Assembly: GCA_024679065.1 (NCBI GenBank)
Contig: JAGIQG010000001.1
Coordinates: 101,246,001 to 101,310,000 of the forward strand
Source: Sphyrna mokarran
Lineage: Eukaryota
Direction of reading: 5' to 3'
DNA length: 64,000 nucleotides
The notes under the pieces were generated by a model. The model was not told where the DNA came from. It saw only the letters and a program-made list of their open reading frames with translations, and made no database searches. A program made the translations under genes and the position numbers. Positions within the stretch are counted from its first letter, which is position 1; the number at the start of each line of letters is the position of its first letter. This document shows positions 24,601 to 35,992 of this stretch, one piece after another.

Positions 24601-26896
24601 TTTTTTTAGCATTAAGCAACACAGCACGGGAAACAGGCCCTTCGGCCCAACGAGCCCGCGCCACCGTAATACCAAATCATTATCCTATTTTAATATTCCT
24701 ATATAATAATATATATATTAATCCTAATTTGGAAAATTTTCACCATAGGGACAATTTGTTACCCAATCAGCCTAAGAGCGAATTTTTGGGTTGTGGGAGG
24801 AAACCGGAGTGCCCGGAGAAAACCCACGCAACCACGGGGAGAACGCGCAAACTCCCGCAGACACCGGCCCAATTCCAAGTGTCTGCACAGCCACATCGAT
24901 AGTCTCTGAGCTGTCATGGTGCCCTTCAGGTGGTCCACATAAAGCACTCATATACGACATGAGGTACCAGGCAACCCATGAATCAACATCCAAGAGCTGT
25001 ACCCGCACCACCTGCCGAATGCGTGCTCAAATTATGGACCGAATTACCTGTGGAAAAAAGCCGTAGTTAAACAGTCCTAATATATCCCTCTATCTGCATA
25101 CCGCTCATGTGGCTGTCCAAGAGACCCTTAAACAGCCCCAGCGTGCCTGCTCCCACCACCTTACTCGGCAGTGCATTCCACACCCCCACTACCCTTTGTG
25201 TGAAAAACTGCCCTCTAATATTCGTCCTATACATAGCCCCCCTCACCCTATGGCCATGACCTCTCGTCCTATCCATTTCTAAAGGTGGAAAAAGTTTACC
25301 TCCATTTACTCTATCTATACCCCTTATAATCTTATACACCTCTATGAGATCCCCTCTAAGCCGACGTCTTTCAAGGGAAAACAACCCCAGTCTATCTAAT
25401 CGTTCCTCATAAGACAGTCCTTCCATACCAGGCAGCATCCTGGTAAACCTCCTCTGCACTCTCTCCAAGGACTCCACATCCTTCCGATAGTACGGAGACC
25501 AGAACTGGGCGCAGTATTCCAAGTGAGGCCTAACCAACGTTGTATACAACTGCAACATCAAACTCCTACTCTTATATTCTATACCCTTTTCTATGAAAGC
25601 TAACATACTATACGCCTTCTTTGTCACCTTCTCCACCTGTGAGGACACCTTCAGAGACTTGTGAACCTGCACCCCCAAGTCTCTCTGCGTCTCTATGCTC
25701 TTTATAGTTTTACCTTTTATCCTATAATTCTCTTCTACATTTTTCCGGCCAAAATGCATCACCTCGCATTTTTCCGGATTAAATTCCATTTGCCATCTAT
25801 CTGCCCAATCTACCAACCTGTCTATGTCCTGTTGTATTGCCTGACACTGCTCTTCTGTACCCGCCAATCCAAGCATCTTGGTGTCATCAGCAAATTTGCT
25901 GATCTCACCACCTACCCCTACTTCCAAGTCGTTTATGTAGACCACAAATAGAAGAGGACCTAGTACTGAGCCTTGTGGCACTCCACTAGTGACAGGCTTC
26001 CAGCCGGAAAAAGAGCCTTCCACTACTACCCTCTGTCTCCTCCTTCCGAGCCAGTTTTCGACCCATCTACATACCCGACCCTGTATCCCATGCGCCTTCA
26101 CCTTCTCTATCAGTCTACCATGAGGAACCTTGTCAAACGCCTTACTGAAATCCATGTAGACGACATCAACAGCCTGTCCTTCATCAACTGTTTTTGTCAC
26201 TTCTTCAAAAAATTCCACCAGATTCGTAAGACAAGACTTCCCCTTGACGAAGCCATGCTGCGTATCCCTGATCAGATCGCAGCGCTCCAGATGCTCATAC
26301 ATCCTGTCCCTAAGGATCCTCTCCATTAGCTTACCTATAACTGAAGTCAAGCTCACCGGCCTATAGTTCCCTGGGTGATCCCTCTGACCTTTTTTAAACA
26401 ACGGTACTACGTTTGCTATCCTCCAGTCCTCTGGGACCTCACCTGTGTCCAAGGAAGAGACAAAGATTTGCGTCAGAGGCCCAGCCAAGTCTTCCCTCAA
26501 CTCCCTTAGCAGCCTGGGGTAAATGCCATCAGGCCCCGGAGCTTTATATGTCTTTAAGCTGCCTAACAGCCCCAACACCTCTTTCCTCGTAATCCTTATT
26601 TCCCTCAACCGATCCTCAACTTTGTCAACATCAGGCACAGACATCTGTCCAGTCTCCTGCGTGAATACCGACGCAAAGTATTCATTCAGGATCTCCCCCA
26701 TTCCCTCAGGCTCTAAGCATAGATCCCCTCCACTGTCCCTAAGAGGTCCAATCTTGCCTCTAACCATCCTTTTGCTCCTTACATAGGTGTAAAATGCCTT
26801 TGGATTTTCTTTAATCCTACCTGCCAGAGCCACCTCATGGCCCCTTTTTCCCTTTCTAATACCCCTTTTTAGATCCCGTCTACACTCTCTATAAGC
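24601..26896 (-). mobile_element. Young 5'-truncated CR1 LINE with open RT frame and ~460-nt V-domain-containing 3' UTR, nested antisense in another CR1
   Basis: Open frame to stop at 25067; UTR 25066-24608; gggccgaagggcc tail hairpin, then an A-run opposite the T-run at 24597-24607. Confidence 0.95.
25067..26896 (-). CDS. CR1 ORF2 reverse transcriptase, 5'-truncated (no endonuclease domain, no true start)
   Basis: KAPGPDG, NYRPVSLTS, QHGF, DFSKAFD, GVPQGSVLGP, KFADD, no stops. Confidence 0.9.
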   Translation of the reverse strand, partial: AYRECRRDLKRGIRKGKRGHEVALAGRIKENPKAFYTYVRSKRMVRGKIGPLRDSGGDLCLEPEGMGEILNEYFASVFTQETGQMSVPDVDKVEDRLREIRITRKEVLGLLGSLKTYKAPGPDGIYPRLLRELREDLAGPLTQIFVSSLDTGEVPEDWRIANVVPLFKKGQRDHPGNYRPVSLTSVIGKLMERILRDRMYEHLERCDLIRDTQHGFVKGKSCLTNLVEFFEEVTKTVDEGQAVDVVYMDFSKAFDKVPHGRLIEKVKAHGIQGRVCRWVENWLGRRRQRVVVEGSFSGWKPVTSGVPQGSVLGPLLFVVYINDLEVGVGGEISKFADDTKMLGLAGTEEQCQAIQQDIDRLVDWADRWQMEFNPEKCEVMHFGRKNVEENYRIKGKTIKSIETQRDLGVQVHKSLKVSSQVEKVTKKAYSMLAFIEKGIEYKSRSLMLQLYTTLVRPHLEYCAQFWSPYYRKDVESLERVQRRFTRMLPGMEGLSYEERLDRLGLFSLERRRLRGDLIEVYKIIRGIDRVNGGKLFPPLEMDRTRGHGHRVRGAMYRTNIRGQFFTQRVVGVWNALPSKVVGAGTLGLFKGLLDSHMSGMQIEGYIRTV

Positions 26897-27096
26897 TTCA
26901 CTCAGAGGGTGGTGAGTGAATGGAACCGACTGCCGTCGGAGGTTGTTGAGCAAACTCACTGAGGTCTTTTAAGAGACTTCTGGATGAGTATATGGAAAAG
27001 AATAGGATAGGGGGTTATAGATAGGTCTGTGGATTGGTAGATGTGATCGGTGCAACTTGTGGGCCGAAGGGCCTGTTTGTGCTTTTGTGTTCTATG
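26897..27096 (+). mobile_element. CR1 LINE, right part of the interrupted host
   Basis: Resumes ttc act cag agg gtg gtg (FTQRVV) and ends gggccgaagggcctgtttgtg...ttctatg. Confidence 0.93.
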
Positions 27097-27519
27097 AGTG
27101 ATGAAGAGGTGGAAGCAATATCAGTAGAAAGGGGACCATTTTGTAATCACATGGACTAAAGTGGTTTGCGATGATGGCTCACCACCATCTTCTCAAGGGT
27201 AGTTAGGGATGGCAATAAATGCTGACGTGGTCTATGATGCCACATCCACTAAAATAATATGATTGTGGCAAACAGTGGACCAAGAAAAGATACTAGGTCA
27301 TCATGACATGGGATAAGGTAGCTTTATGTCCTTCTGTCAACCTATGCAAAACTCATTGGCACATGCTAATGTCTGTAATATAATCAGTTAATTTACAAGT
27401 GGGGAAATTCATTTTTGATATTTAAGTGCTGCTTGACATGCTAAGATATGAAATGTTGTAAATAATAATATTGTAAGTAGCAATTTCATTTAGATGACTT
27501 GGTCAATTCTTACACAGCA

Positions 27520-28390
27520 ATTAGGAGCAGAAGTAGGCAATTCAGGCCTGCTTCGTCATTCAAACAGATCATCGCTGATCTCTTCTGGTCTCAAATCCAC
27601 CTACCTACCTGTTCCCCATATCTCTTTCAATCTGTTTCTTTACTAGAAATATATCTATCTCCTTGAAACCATTTAATGACTCAAACTGAACTGCACTAAG
27701 GGGCAGTGAGTTACACAAATCCACGACCCTCTGAGTTCCTCTTCATTTCAGTTGTAAATCTACCACCCCTCAACCTATACCTTTGACCTCTTGCTCTAAA
27801 TTACCCCACAAGGGGAAACATTTGGTCTATACTTACTTTATCAATCACTTTTAGTATTTTATATACCTGATCAGATCTCCCCTCACTCTTCTGAAGTCCA
27901 GCGATTTTAAACCCAGAATTGTTTAATCAGTACTCGTATATCAATCCTTTCATTCCCGGAATCAAGATGATGAGCCTCCTCTGAATTGCTTCTAATGCCA
28001 TCACATTCTTCCTCAAATAAAGAGACCAAAACTGGGCACGATACACCAGATGCGATCTCACCAAAACCCTGCACAATTGTAGCAATACTCCTCTGCTTTT
28101 ATACTCCAGTCCTTTTGCAATAAATGCTAACATTCCATTTGCTTTTTTTTATCGCATGCTATGCCTGCATACTGACTTTCTGCGGTTCATGGACAAGGAC
28201 ACCAGATCCCTCTGTACAGATGCATTTTGAGTCTGCTTTCTATTTAGATAATAATTTGCTTTTCTGTTTTTTTCAGCCAAAATGGATAACTTCACACTTA
28301 TTCACATTAAACTCCATCTGCCAAATTTTGGCCCATTCTCTTAGCCTTTCTATATCCGTCTGTAAAATCTTTATCTCCTTTTCACTACAT
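27520..28390 (-). mobile_element. CR1 LINE 3' fragment
   Basis: ORF 27927..28133: MLAFIAKGLEYKSRGVLLQL...AQFWS; tail attaggagcagaagtaggc. Confidence 0.9.
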
Positions 28391-30697
28391 AGCAGCTATT
28401 ACTGCAAACAGCTGAACACCCCATGTGGACTGACAAATGGAGTATACTTAGTGACTTTAAACAGTTTTAAAGTGCCAGATTTTCCAACCATAAACAGTCA
28501 TATAGCAAGGATACATTTAAATATGTAGAGAACCATTCCTGGACACACGTGTCACACACTCTACATTCAGATATTTCAGTAGTCTCTTGAGGTGCTCCAA
28601 GATGATAGGGACTATGCTAATGCGCAAAGGGGCAACATACTCCAGAGTCATCTGCTGTATATTCTCTCAGCTGTCATGTTTTCTGTTTACTACTTTATCA
28701 GATGCTGTGCTTGGTTCTGAGACCTGAATGTTCACAGTGTGTTTGTCTCATGCTTCAGTGCTCTTTTGAGACTTCCTTCATGTAGATATAATTGAATAAT
28801 GGCAACCTCTGATTTTAAGTGCCCTTTCATAAACCTGTAATAGATACTTGTCAAAGTGGCCATCTTACACTTTGAATCCCACTGAGAGAAAATGATTAAC
28901 ACGTGGTTTTGAAAATGCATTTTTGATAGATGTCTTTCTGTAAGTAATGAGCAAATCAATTTACAATGTTTGTTTATTACGATTGCATCATAGAAGAAAT
29001 CAGTGCATTCTCAGAATCTGATTGAACATACATTCGACAAATGCATGCTGCTTTCTGAATACAGCAATCAATCATGCACTTAATCCACCTTTGAGAACAA
29101 ATTGATTTACCCAAGAAGTCAGTGGAAAAGCTTATCTCTCTGATACTGTAATCACGTGCAGGGTCACTGTAACAACTGCTGGGAGTAGTCGTAGCAATGA
29201 CCAGAGGTAACCACATGGCTTTTCACAGATGCTGCTTCCAGAATTTGAGTGGGAGAAAATAGAAGTGGCATAAGAGCTACGTATTCTCATTGAATGCGGT
29301 TCCTTCATTATTCTCTGGAAAGCAAACCTTCAATAGCTTGACAAGCAGCGCATGTTTCACTATGGTTCAAGGGTGACATTATTTCATTACATCCTCACAT
29401 TTATTCTCCTTTTAGTAACATTAGTATTCACAAGAAAGCTGTGTGATATGCAAATAAATATAACATAATTGCAACAAGGGAATTCAACATTAGTTCTCAA
29501 AGTGTTCATCAGAAAGTGAAGGGAGACAATCTCCCCCGAGTTCACCTGGGTTCAGGGAATTGAGTTCTACCAGCATCTCTCAAACCTCATCTTAATCCCT
29601 TGTGTTCTCATATGGCGATGGAGTGCATGTGTGAAGGAGTTTGTTACATTTCAGAGCAAATATAATGATGTATTCTATTGCCCCCATTTTGGCAAAGGCT
29701 TTAGATTTCCATTTTTTTGTTGGCAAAGTTCCAGCTATATCCTTAGTCTGTTCTGTTGTTTGAAACCCATATAGTAGGAGACTTTGTTTTAATATCATGT
29801 ATAAAGTGCAGCGAATTCCACTTCGTATCTATGGGTCGATTTGATATGGTTTTGTAAGGGCGAAGTAGGAATTGTTTGGTCATGAAACTAAATGTTTATG
29901 ACTATACCATCAGTGTACGTACAAGAACATTCATTCAAATTTCAAGTTATTAGAGAGCCATTTTGTGTGTATCATGTGACTGTTTTTGCTTTTTTTTTAT
30001 GCATATGATCAGTGCATTCTGTTCTCAATTACTGCTCCTAAGCTAGATAATTTGGTGATGTCAGTAATCATTAATACTAACTTTCTTTTACTTCCTGGAA
30101 CTTATAGCCTGGATCCATTTAAAAATAAGTGAACCCTAGTTTTTTGAAACTCAAGAATTAAATGAAATGCACATTGTTGAATAAAAATGGAAAAAGTGCA
30201 CAATGAAGTTAGCTTTTTAAAATCTCGTTCAGTGTCTGTGAAATTATTTATTTATATGAATCTACCATTCTGTTACACACAACGATTCAGACCAAGTGCA
30301 GAATTAAGGCCGTGCATGGCAAAATATGAAGGAACATTGGCGGGAGCAAAAGTATGAGAACTGCATCAATGAATGGAAAGCTAGCAAAATCTGGTTGGGT
30401 TGCAGAGGAAGGGGGTGGTGAACAAAACTTCTCTTCTGCCATGGATAGTGTTTCATCCCATTAATGGAGGCAGAGGGGATGACCTCATGCCGTGACTGAT
30501 GTCCGGTTTCTTTTTCCGGGTTGTTGGGAGGGAGGAGGGGTGTTGGTTTACACAACTATATAGATCTCAATTAAATAGGTATAAAATCACAGGCAGCGAG
30601 TGCAGGGGCATTGGGCTGCGTAGTTTTTGGCTGCATTGTTTTGAGAGGCTTTACAGCGAAAGTGGGATTGGAGAATGGTCATTAAAGGTGAATGTTT

Positions 30698-32641
30698 CAT
30701 AGAACATAGAACATAGAACATTACAGCACAGAACAGGCCCTTCGGCCTTCGATGTTGCGCCGACCAATATAAAAAGCAATGCCCCTCCAAACTAAACCAT
30801 TCCCTTCTCTTCCATATACTTATCAACTAACCTCTTAAACGCCACCAAACTTGGCGCATCTACAACTGCTGCAGGCAGGGCATTCCACTCCCGAACCACC
30901 CTTTGGGTAAAGAACCTGCCTCTGATATCCGTCCTATAACTATCACCCCTTAATTTAAAGCTGTGTCCCCTCGTGCTAGCTTTTTCCATCCTAGGAAAAA
31001 GGCTATCACTGTCCACCCTATCTAAACCTCTAATCATCTTATATGTTTCGATCAGGTCCCCTCTTAGCCTCCTCCTTTCTAACGAAAACAACCTCAAATC
31101 CCTCAGCCTCTCCTCATAAGACCTGCCCTCCATACCAGGCAACATCCTGGTAAACCTCCTCTGTACCCTCTCCAATGCCTCCACATCTTTCTTATAATGC
31201 GGGGACCAGAACTGCACACAATACTCCAAGTGCGGCCGCACTAGAGTTTTGTACAGTTGCAACATGACGTTGCGGCTCCGAAATTCAATCCCCCTACCAA
31301 TAAAAGCCAAGACTTCATATGCCTTCTTAACAACCTTCTCGACCTGACTGCCTACTTTCAGGGATCTATGCACATACACACCAAGATCCCTCTGTTCATC
31401 TAGACTACTAAGAATCCTACCATTTGCCCTATACTCTACACATTTATTATTTCTGCCATAGTGCATTACCTCACACTTTTCCACATTAAACTCCATTTGC
31501 CACCTCTCGGCCCAGCTCTGCAACTTGTCCAAGTCCCTCTGCAAACTATAACACCCCTCTTCACTATCTACCACTCCACCGACTTTAGTGTCATCTGCAA
31601 ATTTACTAATCCATCCTTCAATACCCTCATCCAGATCATTTATAAAAATTACAAACAGCAGGGGCCCCAAAACAGACCCCTGAGGTACACCACTTGTCAC
31701 CGAACTCCAAGATGAATATCTCCCATCAACCACCACCCTCTGTCTTCTATCTGCTAGCCAATTCCTAACCCAATTAGCTAAATCACCCTCTATCCCATAC
31801 ATCTGCATTTTCTGCAGAAGTCTTCCATGGGCCACCTTATCAAACGCCTTACTAAAGTCCATATATACCACATCAACCGCCCTACCCCCATCCACCTCTT
31901 TAGTCACTTTTTCAAAAAACTCAATGAGGTTAGTAAGGCACGACCTACCCTTCACAAAACCATGCTGACTATCCCCAATCAATTCATTTCTCTCTAAATA
32001 ACTATAAATCCTATCCCTAATAATTCTCTCCAATACTTTGCCCACAACAGAAGTAAGACTCACTGGCCTATAATTCCCTGGAAGGTCTCTCTTCCCCTTC
32101 TTGAACAATGGGACCACATTCGCTATCCTCCAGTCCTCCGGAACCACACCCGTAACCAACGACGACCTGAAGATCAGAGCCAGAGGCTCTGCAATCTCCT
32201 CTCTTGCCTCCCAGAGAATCCTAGGGTAAATCCCGTCCGGCCCAGGGGACTTATCCAACTTCAAACCCTCGAGAATATCTAGCACATCCTCCCTATCTAC
32301 TTCGATACCTTCCAGTTTGCTACCCTGTACCTCAGTGTTCTCCATAACTACATTTACATCACCCTGCGTGAATATCGAAGAGAAATATTTATTCAGTGCC
32401 TCTCCAATCTCTTCAGGCTCCACGCACAACTTCCCACTGCTGTCTATAACTGGCCCTAATCTTGTCCTAACCAATCTTCTATTCTTAACATATCTAAAGA
32501 AAGCTTTAGGATTCTCCCTAATCCTATCAGCCAAAGTCTTCTCGTGTCCTCTCTTCGCTCTCCTCAATTCACTCTTTAGCTCCCTCCTGGCTAATCTATA
32601 GCTATATCCATCTATATGGATATATATCTATAGCTTTCCTG
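30698..32641 (-). mobile_element. Young 5'-truncated CR1/HER1-type LINE with open RT frame, short 3' UTR, (TTCTATG)n tail
   Basis: 591-aa frame 30792..32567 with all RT motifs; three catagaa units at 30698-30718. Confidence 0.97.
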
Positions 32642-33304
32642 ACAAGATCTTTCAGATTTTACATTGCTGCAAGTATATTGAAGAGTGACAATGCCTCAGT
32701 GATGGTGCTTTTGGTTTATCCACTGAAACATCACAACTAAGGGCTTTACAAATTAGCAAATAGCTTTGGGCAAGATATGTCTCAAATTATGAGGCTGGTT
32801 TGGTTATTCAGCTGCAGAGGTAAGTGAGGTTTGTGATGGGACTGGTCTGATTGGGGAGGGTAAGGAAATTGATTATTTTAAAAAAAAAAGAAATAAATTT
32901 CTTAAAAAGCAAAGTCACTTGCAGAACAGATTTAGTATACAAGTGAGTGATTGTCACATGCCTGTTTAAGAACAATTAGATTCAAGTTGCAGACACTGAG
33001 GGCAAAGAGTTATTGGCTGAATCATTCAAAGTGTGCATTCACTTAGAAGTGTACAGTGTGCAGTCACTTTGAAGTTGATGGGACGGTGCATAGTCACAAT
33101 ATGCCACGCCACGTGGGAAGGAGAGGATGATAAATTCACCAGACCTACTTGCCCCACCATCTTTAACACATGAAGCCCCTGCCCCAAACTCCTTGTCAAA
33201 CATTTTGTTTAATATACCAGGGAAAATGGGGTGACCTGTGAGAGTTAAAGGATCAGTGGTTTTTAAAACTTCCCAAGTGTGTAGGTATCTTAAAAAAGTA
33301 AGAA

Positions 33305-33645
33305 ATTAAAATCATGTGGGGCATAGATAGGATGAATAGTCTTTTTCCCAGGGAAAGAGAATTGAAAACCAGAGGACATAGGCCCAAGGTGAGAGGGAAA
33401 AGATTTGAAAGGGACCCAAGGGGCAATTTCTTCATGAAGAGGTAGTGTGTATATGGAATGAGCTAGCAGAGAAAATGGTTGAGATGGGGAAAATAGCAAC
33501 ATTTAAAAAGCATTTGGATATGTACATGGATGGGAAAGGATTAAAGGGATATGGGCTAAACGCAGGCAACTGGAGGGCTTCATGGCTGGCTTGTGCTGAG
33601 AGGCCTGTTTCTGTGCTGTATTGGTCTGTTACTCTATAACTCTTT
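33305..33645 (+). mobile_element. CR1 3' fragment
   Basis: IWNELAEKMVEMGKIATFKKHLDMYM; tail aggcctgtttctgtgctgt...actctataactct. Confidence 0.9.
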
Positions 33646-34009
33646 GCTGTATGGCTATCTGACCACTTGGAAAGTACCATTAACCCATGGACTTAAAGGA
33701 CAGTTTGTTGAAATAATTAAAAAAGAATTTTAAGATAAAGCTGGATGAATGAGTGACACACTTGATATTGAAAACTTCAGAAACAACATCATTTACAAGC
33801 ATAACAGATACTACACAGTATTATTGGCTTTCCCATTGTGACAAGATTCTTGTGCATGTTATTGATGAAACACAGGTCCACTATGTTGAAGTTTGTGTGC
33901 AATAGATATTTGGCCTTTAGCATATTCAATATCTGTAAGTTATATGGAAGCCAGTAAATAGTTGCATCATTAACACAGATTCCACACAAAACGTACCAAA
34001 GTTACTATT

Positions 34010-34370
34010 GTGTGGGTTTATGCAGCAGCGGAGAGGAAACAGAAGAGAAGGAAGTTTCAGGATGAGGTACTAAACTACGATATCAAAATACTAATTGGTG
34101 ACCTCAATGCTACACTCGATGGCAACTGGCAAGGACTGAACAGTATGAAAAGACCCCATGGATCAGCAAGTATGCTTGCTAGAGATGACAAACATTTGCT
34201 GGGCTCCTGCAACAGCAATAGGCTCAGCAGCTTCAAACATAAGGTCGTTCACAAAAAGAATACCCTGAATGAGTTTGACTATATATGCATCAGCAGTAGT
34301 TGAAAGACTTTTCTGTAGCATATCTGAACTTGTCAAAGTGCTGATGTAGGATTAGAGTACTACCTTGGGT
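34010..34370 (+). mobile_element. RTE-clade AP-endonuclease fragment, decayed
   Basis: IKILIGDLNA...PHG...FKHKVVHK...NEFDYICIS then ADVG after the stop; RTE-like APE motif order. Confidence 0.7.
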
Positions 34371-35544
34371 CAAGACCACAGACTCCTTCAATATCATTAC
34401 AGGCGTATGTCAGGCTGATATTCAGCTGTTGAGCCACAGTGCTGTCACCAAATCCAAAAGTGGAACTGGGGTTGGACTGATTGAGGATCTTCTGATTTGT
34501 GTTCCACCCACATCCAGCACCTCATCAGTCAATAGCATCCTTGTCCTAATTTGGTACAGTAGGGTTGCGTCAGTCGGTTCCCATGCTTGACTTATACTTG
34601 TAAATGGCAGAGAAGCTTTGGGAGTCAACAGCGAAGTTACCTGCCACAAAATTCCCAGTCTGATCTCAGCTGCTCTTTCTTGCTTTGAAATAGTTCATCT
34701 GTTATATACAAAATACCCGAATATAAGTGGCTATTAGCCTCAATCATTGGAAAACAGCAAATTCTCCATTTTACTACGACACAAAATGATGAAAAATCCA
34801 CCAACGGAAATATTCAATATTGAAGTAGTACCCACTGGAGGTGGTAGATTAAATCAAAACTTTTATATGTTGTTTCAAATACCATCTTTAAGTTAAAGAA
34901 TGAAATTAACTGTATGAAAATACTAAATTGTTAATTGGTTGATTGGCAGGTTTTAAGAAGCTCTCATTATTCTAAATGATCATGTGAATGAATCATGTGT
35001 TAGACATCTGTTTAGTGGAGATAATGTCTAGGTAATAAATCTTTAAGTTATGAAGTGAAATTGGAAGTCAGGTCCATGATGGAATGATTCATTCTGCTTA
35101 ATCTTTCACTGCAGTGTAATAAATCTGGAATAGATTAAGAGAAGTCGGAAAGAATTTGAAATGCTTCCTCCAGAAGATGTTTACTTGGTCCTGCATATTT
35201 GTTCAAAATAAACAGCTGTTAGATTTACTATATATTCTTCCTCCTTGTCTGTGTTAATATTTCCAGTTTTTATGTTGTTCTCAGTATGGTCTAAATCCAC
35301 ATGGATCTGCTTCCTTATTGTTCTGGTAACTAGCAAAGAATAAATAGATCCACAAAGGATGTAAAACCAGTGAACCATCCCTCCTCCCCCAAACAAGTAT
35401 TCACGGTAATAACACTTAGCTTTAAGCAGTTTTTTGTTTTGCTCTGGATGCACTGAGATTACCCACAAGGCAGCTCCATACATAGACAGGGGATGACTCT
35501 AAACAATTCTGTGCACTGCACTTTATCAATGGAGGAATGTAATG

Positions 35545-35975
35545 CAGATTTACCAGAATGATACCCAGACCCTTAGGGTTACATTATTAGGAGAATTTAA
35601 CCAATTGAACATTGCATTCCCTAGAATTTAAAAATTTTGAGTAGATTGTAGTTTCAAGATAGGGTAATTAGTGAAACTATTTCTACTGGCTGAGATTTCC
35701 TGGACTAGGGGACATTATTTTAAAAGTAGAGCCAGATTTTTCAGAAATGAAATTAGGAAATATTTCTACACGGAAACAGTGGTAGAAGTTTGGAATGATT
35801 TTCTGAAGTGGCAATTGATGCTAGATCAAAAATTTTAAAATTTAAATCTGAGAATGATAGATTTTTGTTATCCAAAGGTATTAAGGGATATGAAGCAAAA
35901 TGAGGATGTGAAGTTAGGTTGAAGATCAGCCATAAACCCATTTAATAACAAACAGATTCAAGGGGCTAAGTGGCC
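35545..35975 (+). mobile_element. Old CR1 3' fragment
   Basis: agatttaccagaatgatacc (RFTRMIP), ggactaggggacat, gatagatttttg, gatcagccat. Confidence 0.8.
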
Positions 35976-35992
35976 CACCAATATCCCACCGA

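Noticed and set aside
26897-26959. N-terminus (MSLLNNLRRQ...) of the 630-aa ORF as a real start
   Set aside because: It is the antisense of the host CR1's FTQRVV segment; the inserted element is 5'-truncated at ~26896.
32811-32826. Perfect GAG|GTAAGT donor as the end of LDB2 exon 1
   Set aside because: The upstream phase-0 frame hits a stop within 10 codons and does not resemble ...MNKRLQSRTE; an isolated match is plausible by chance.
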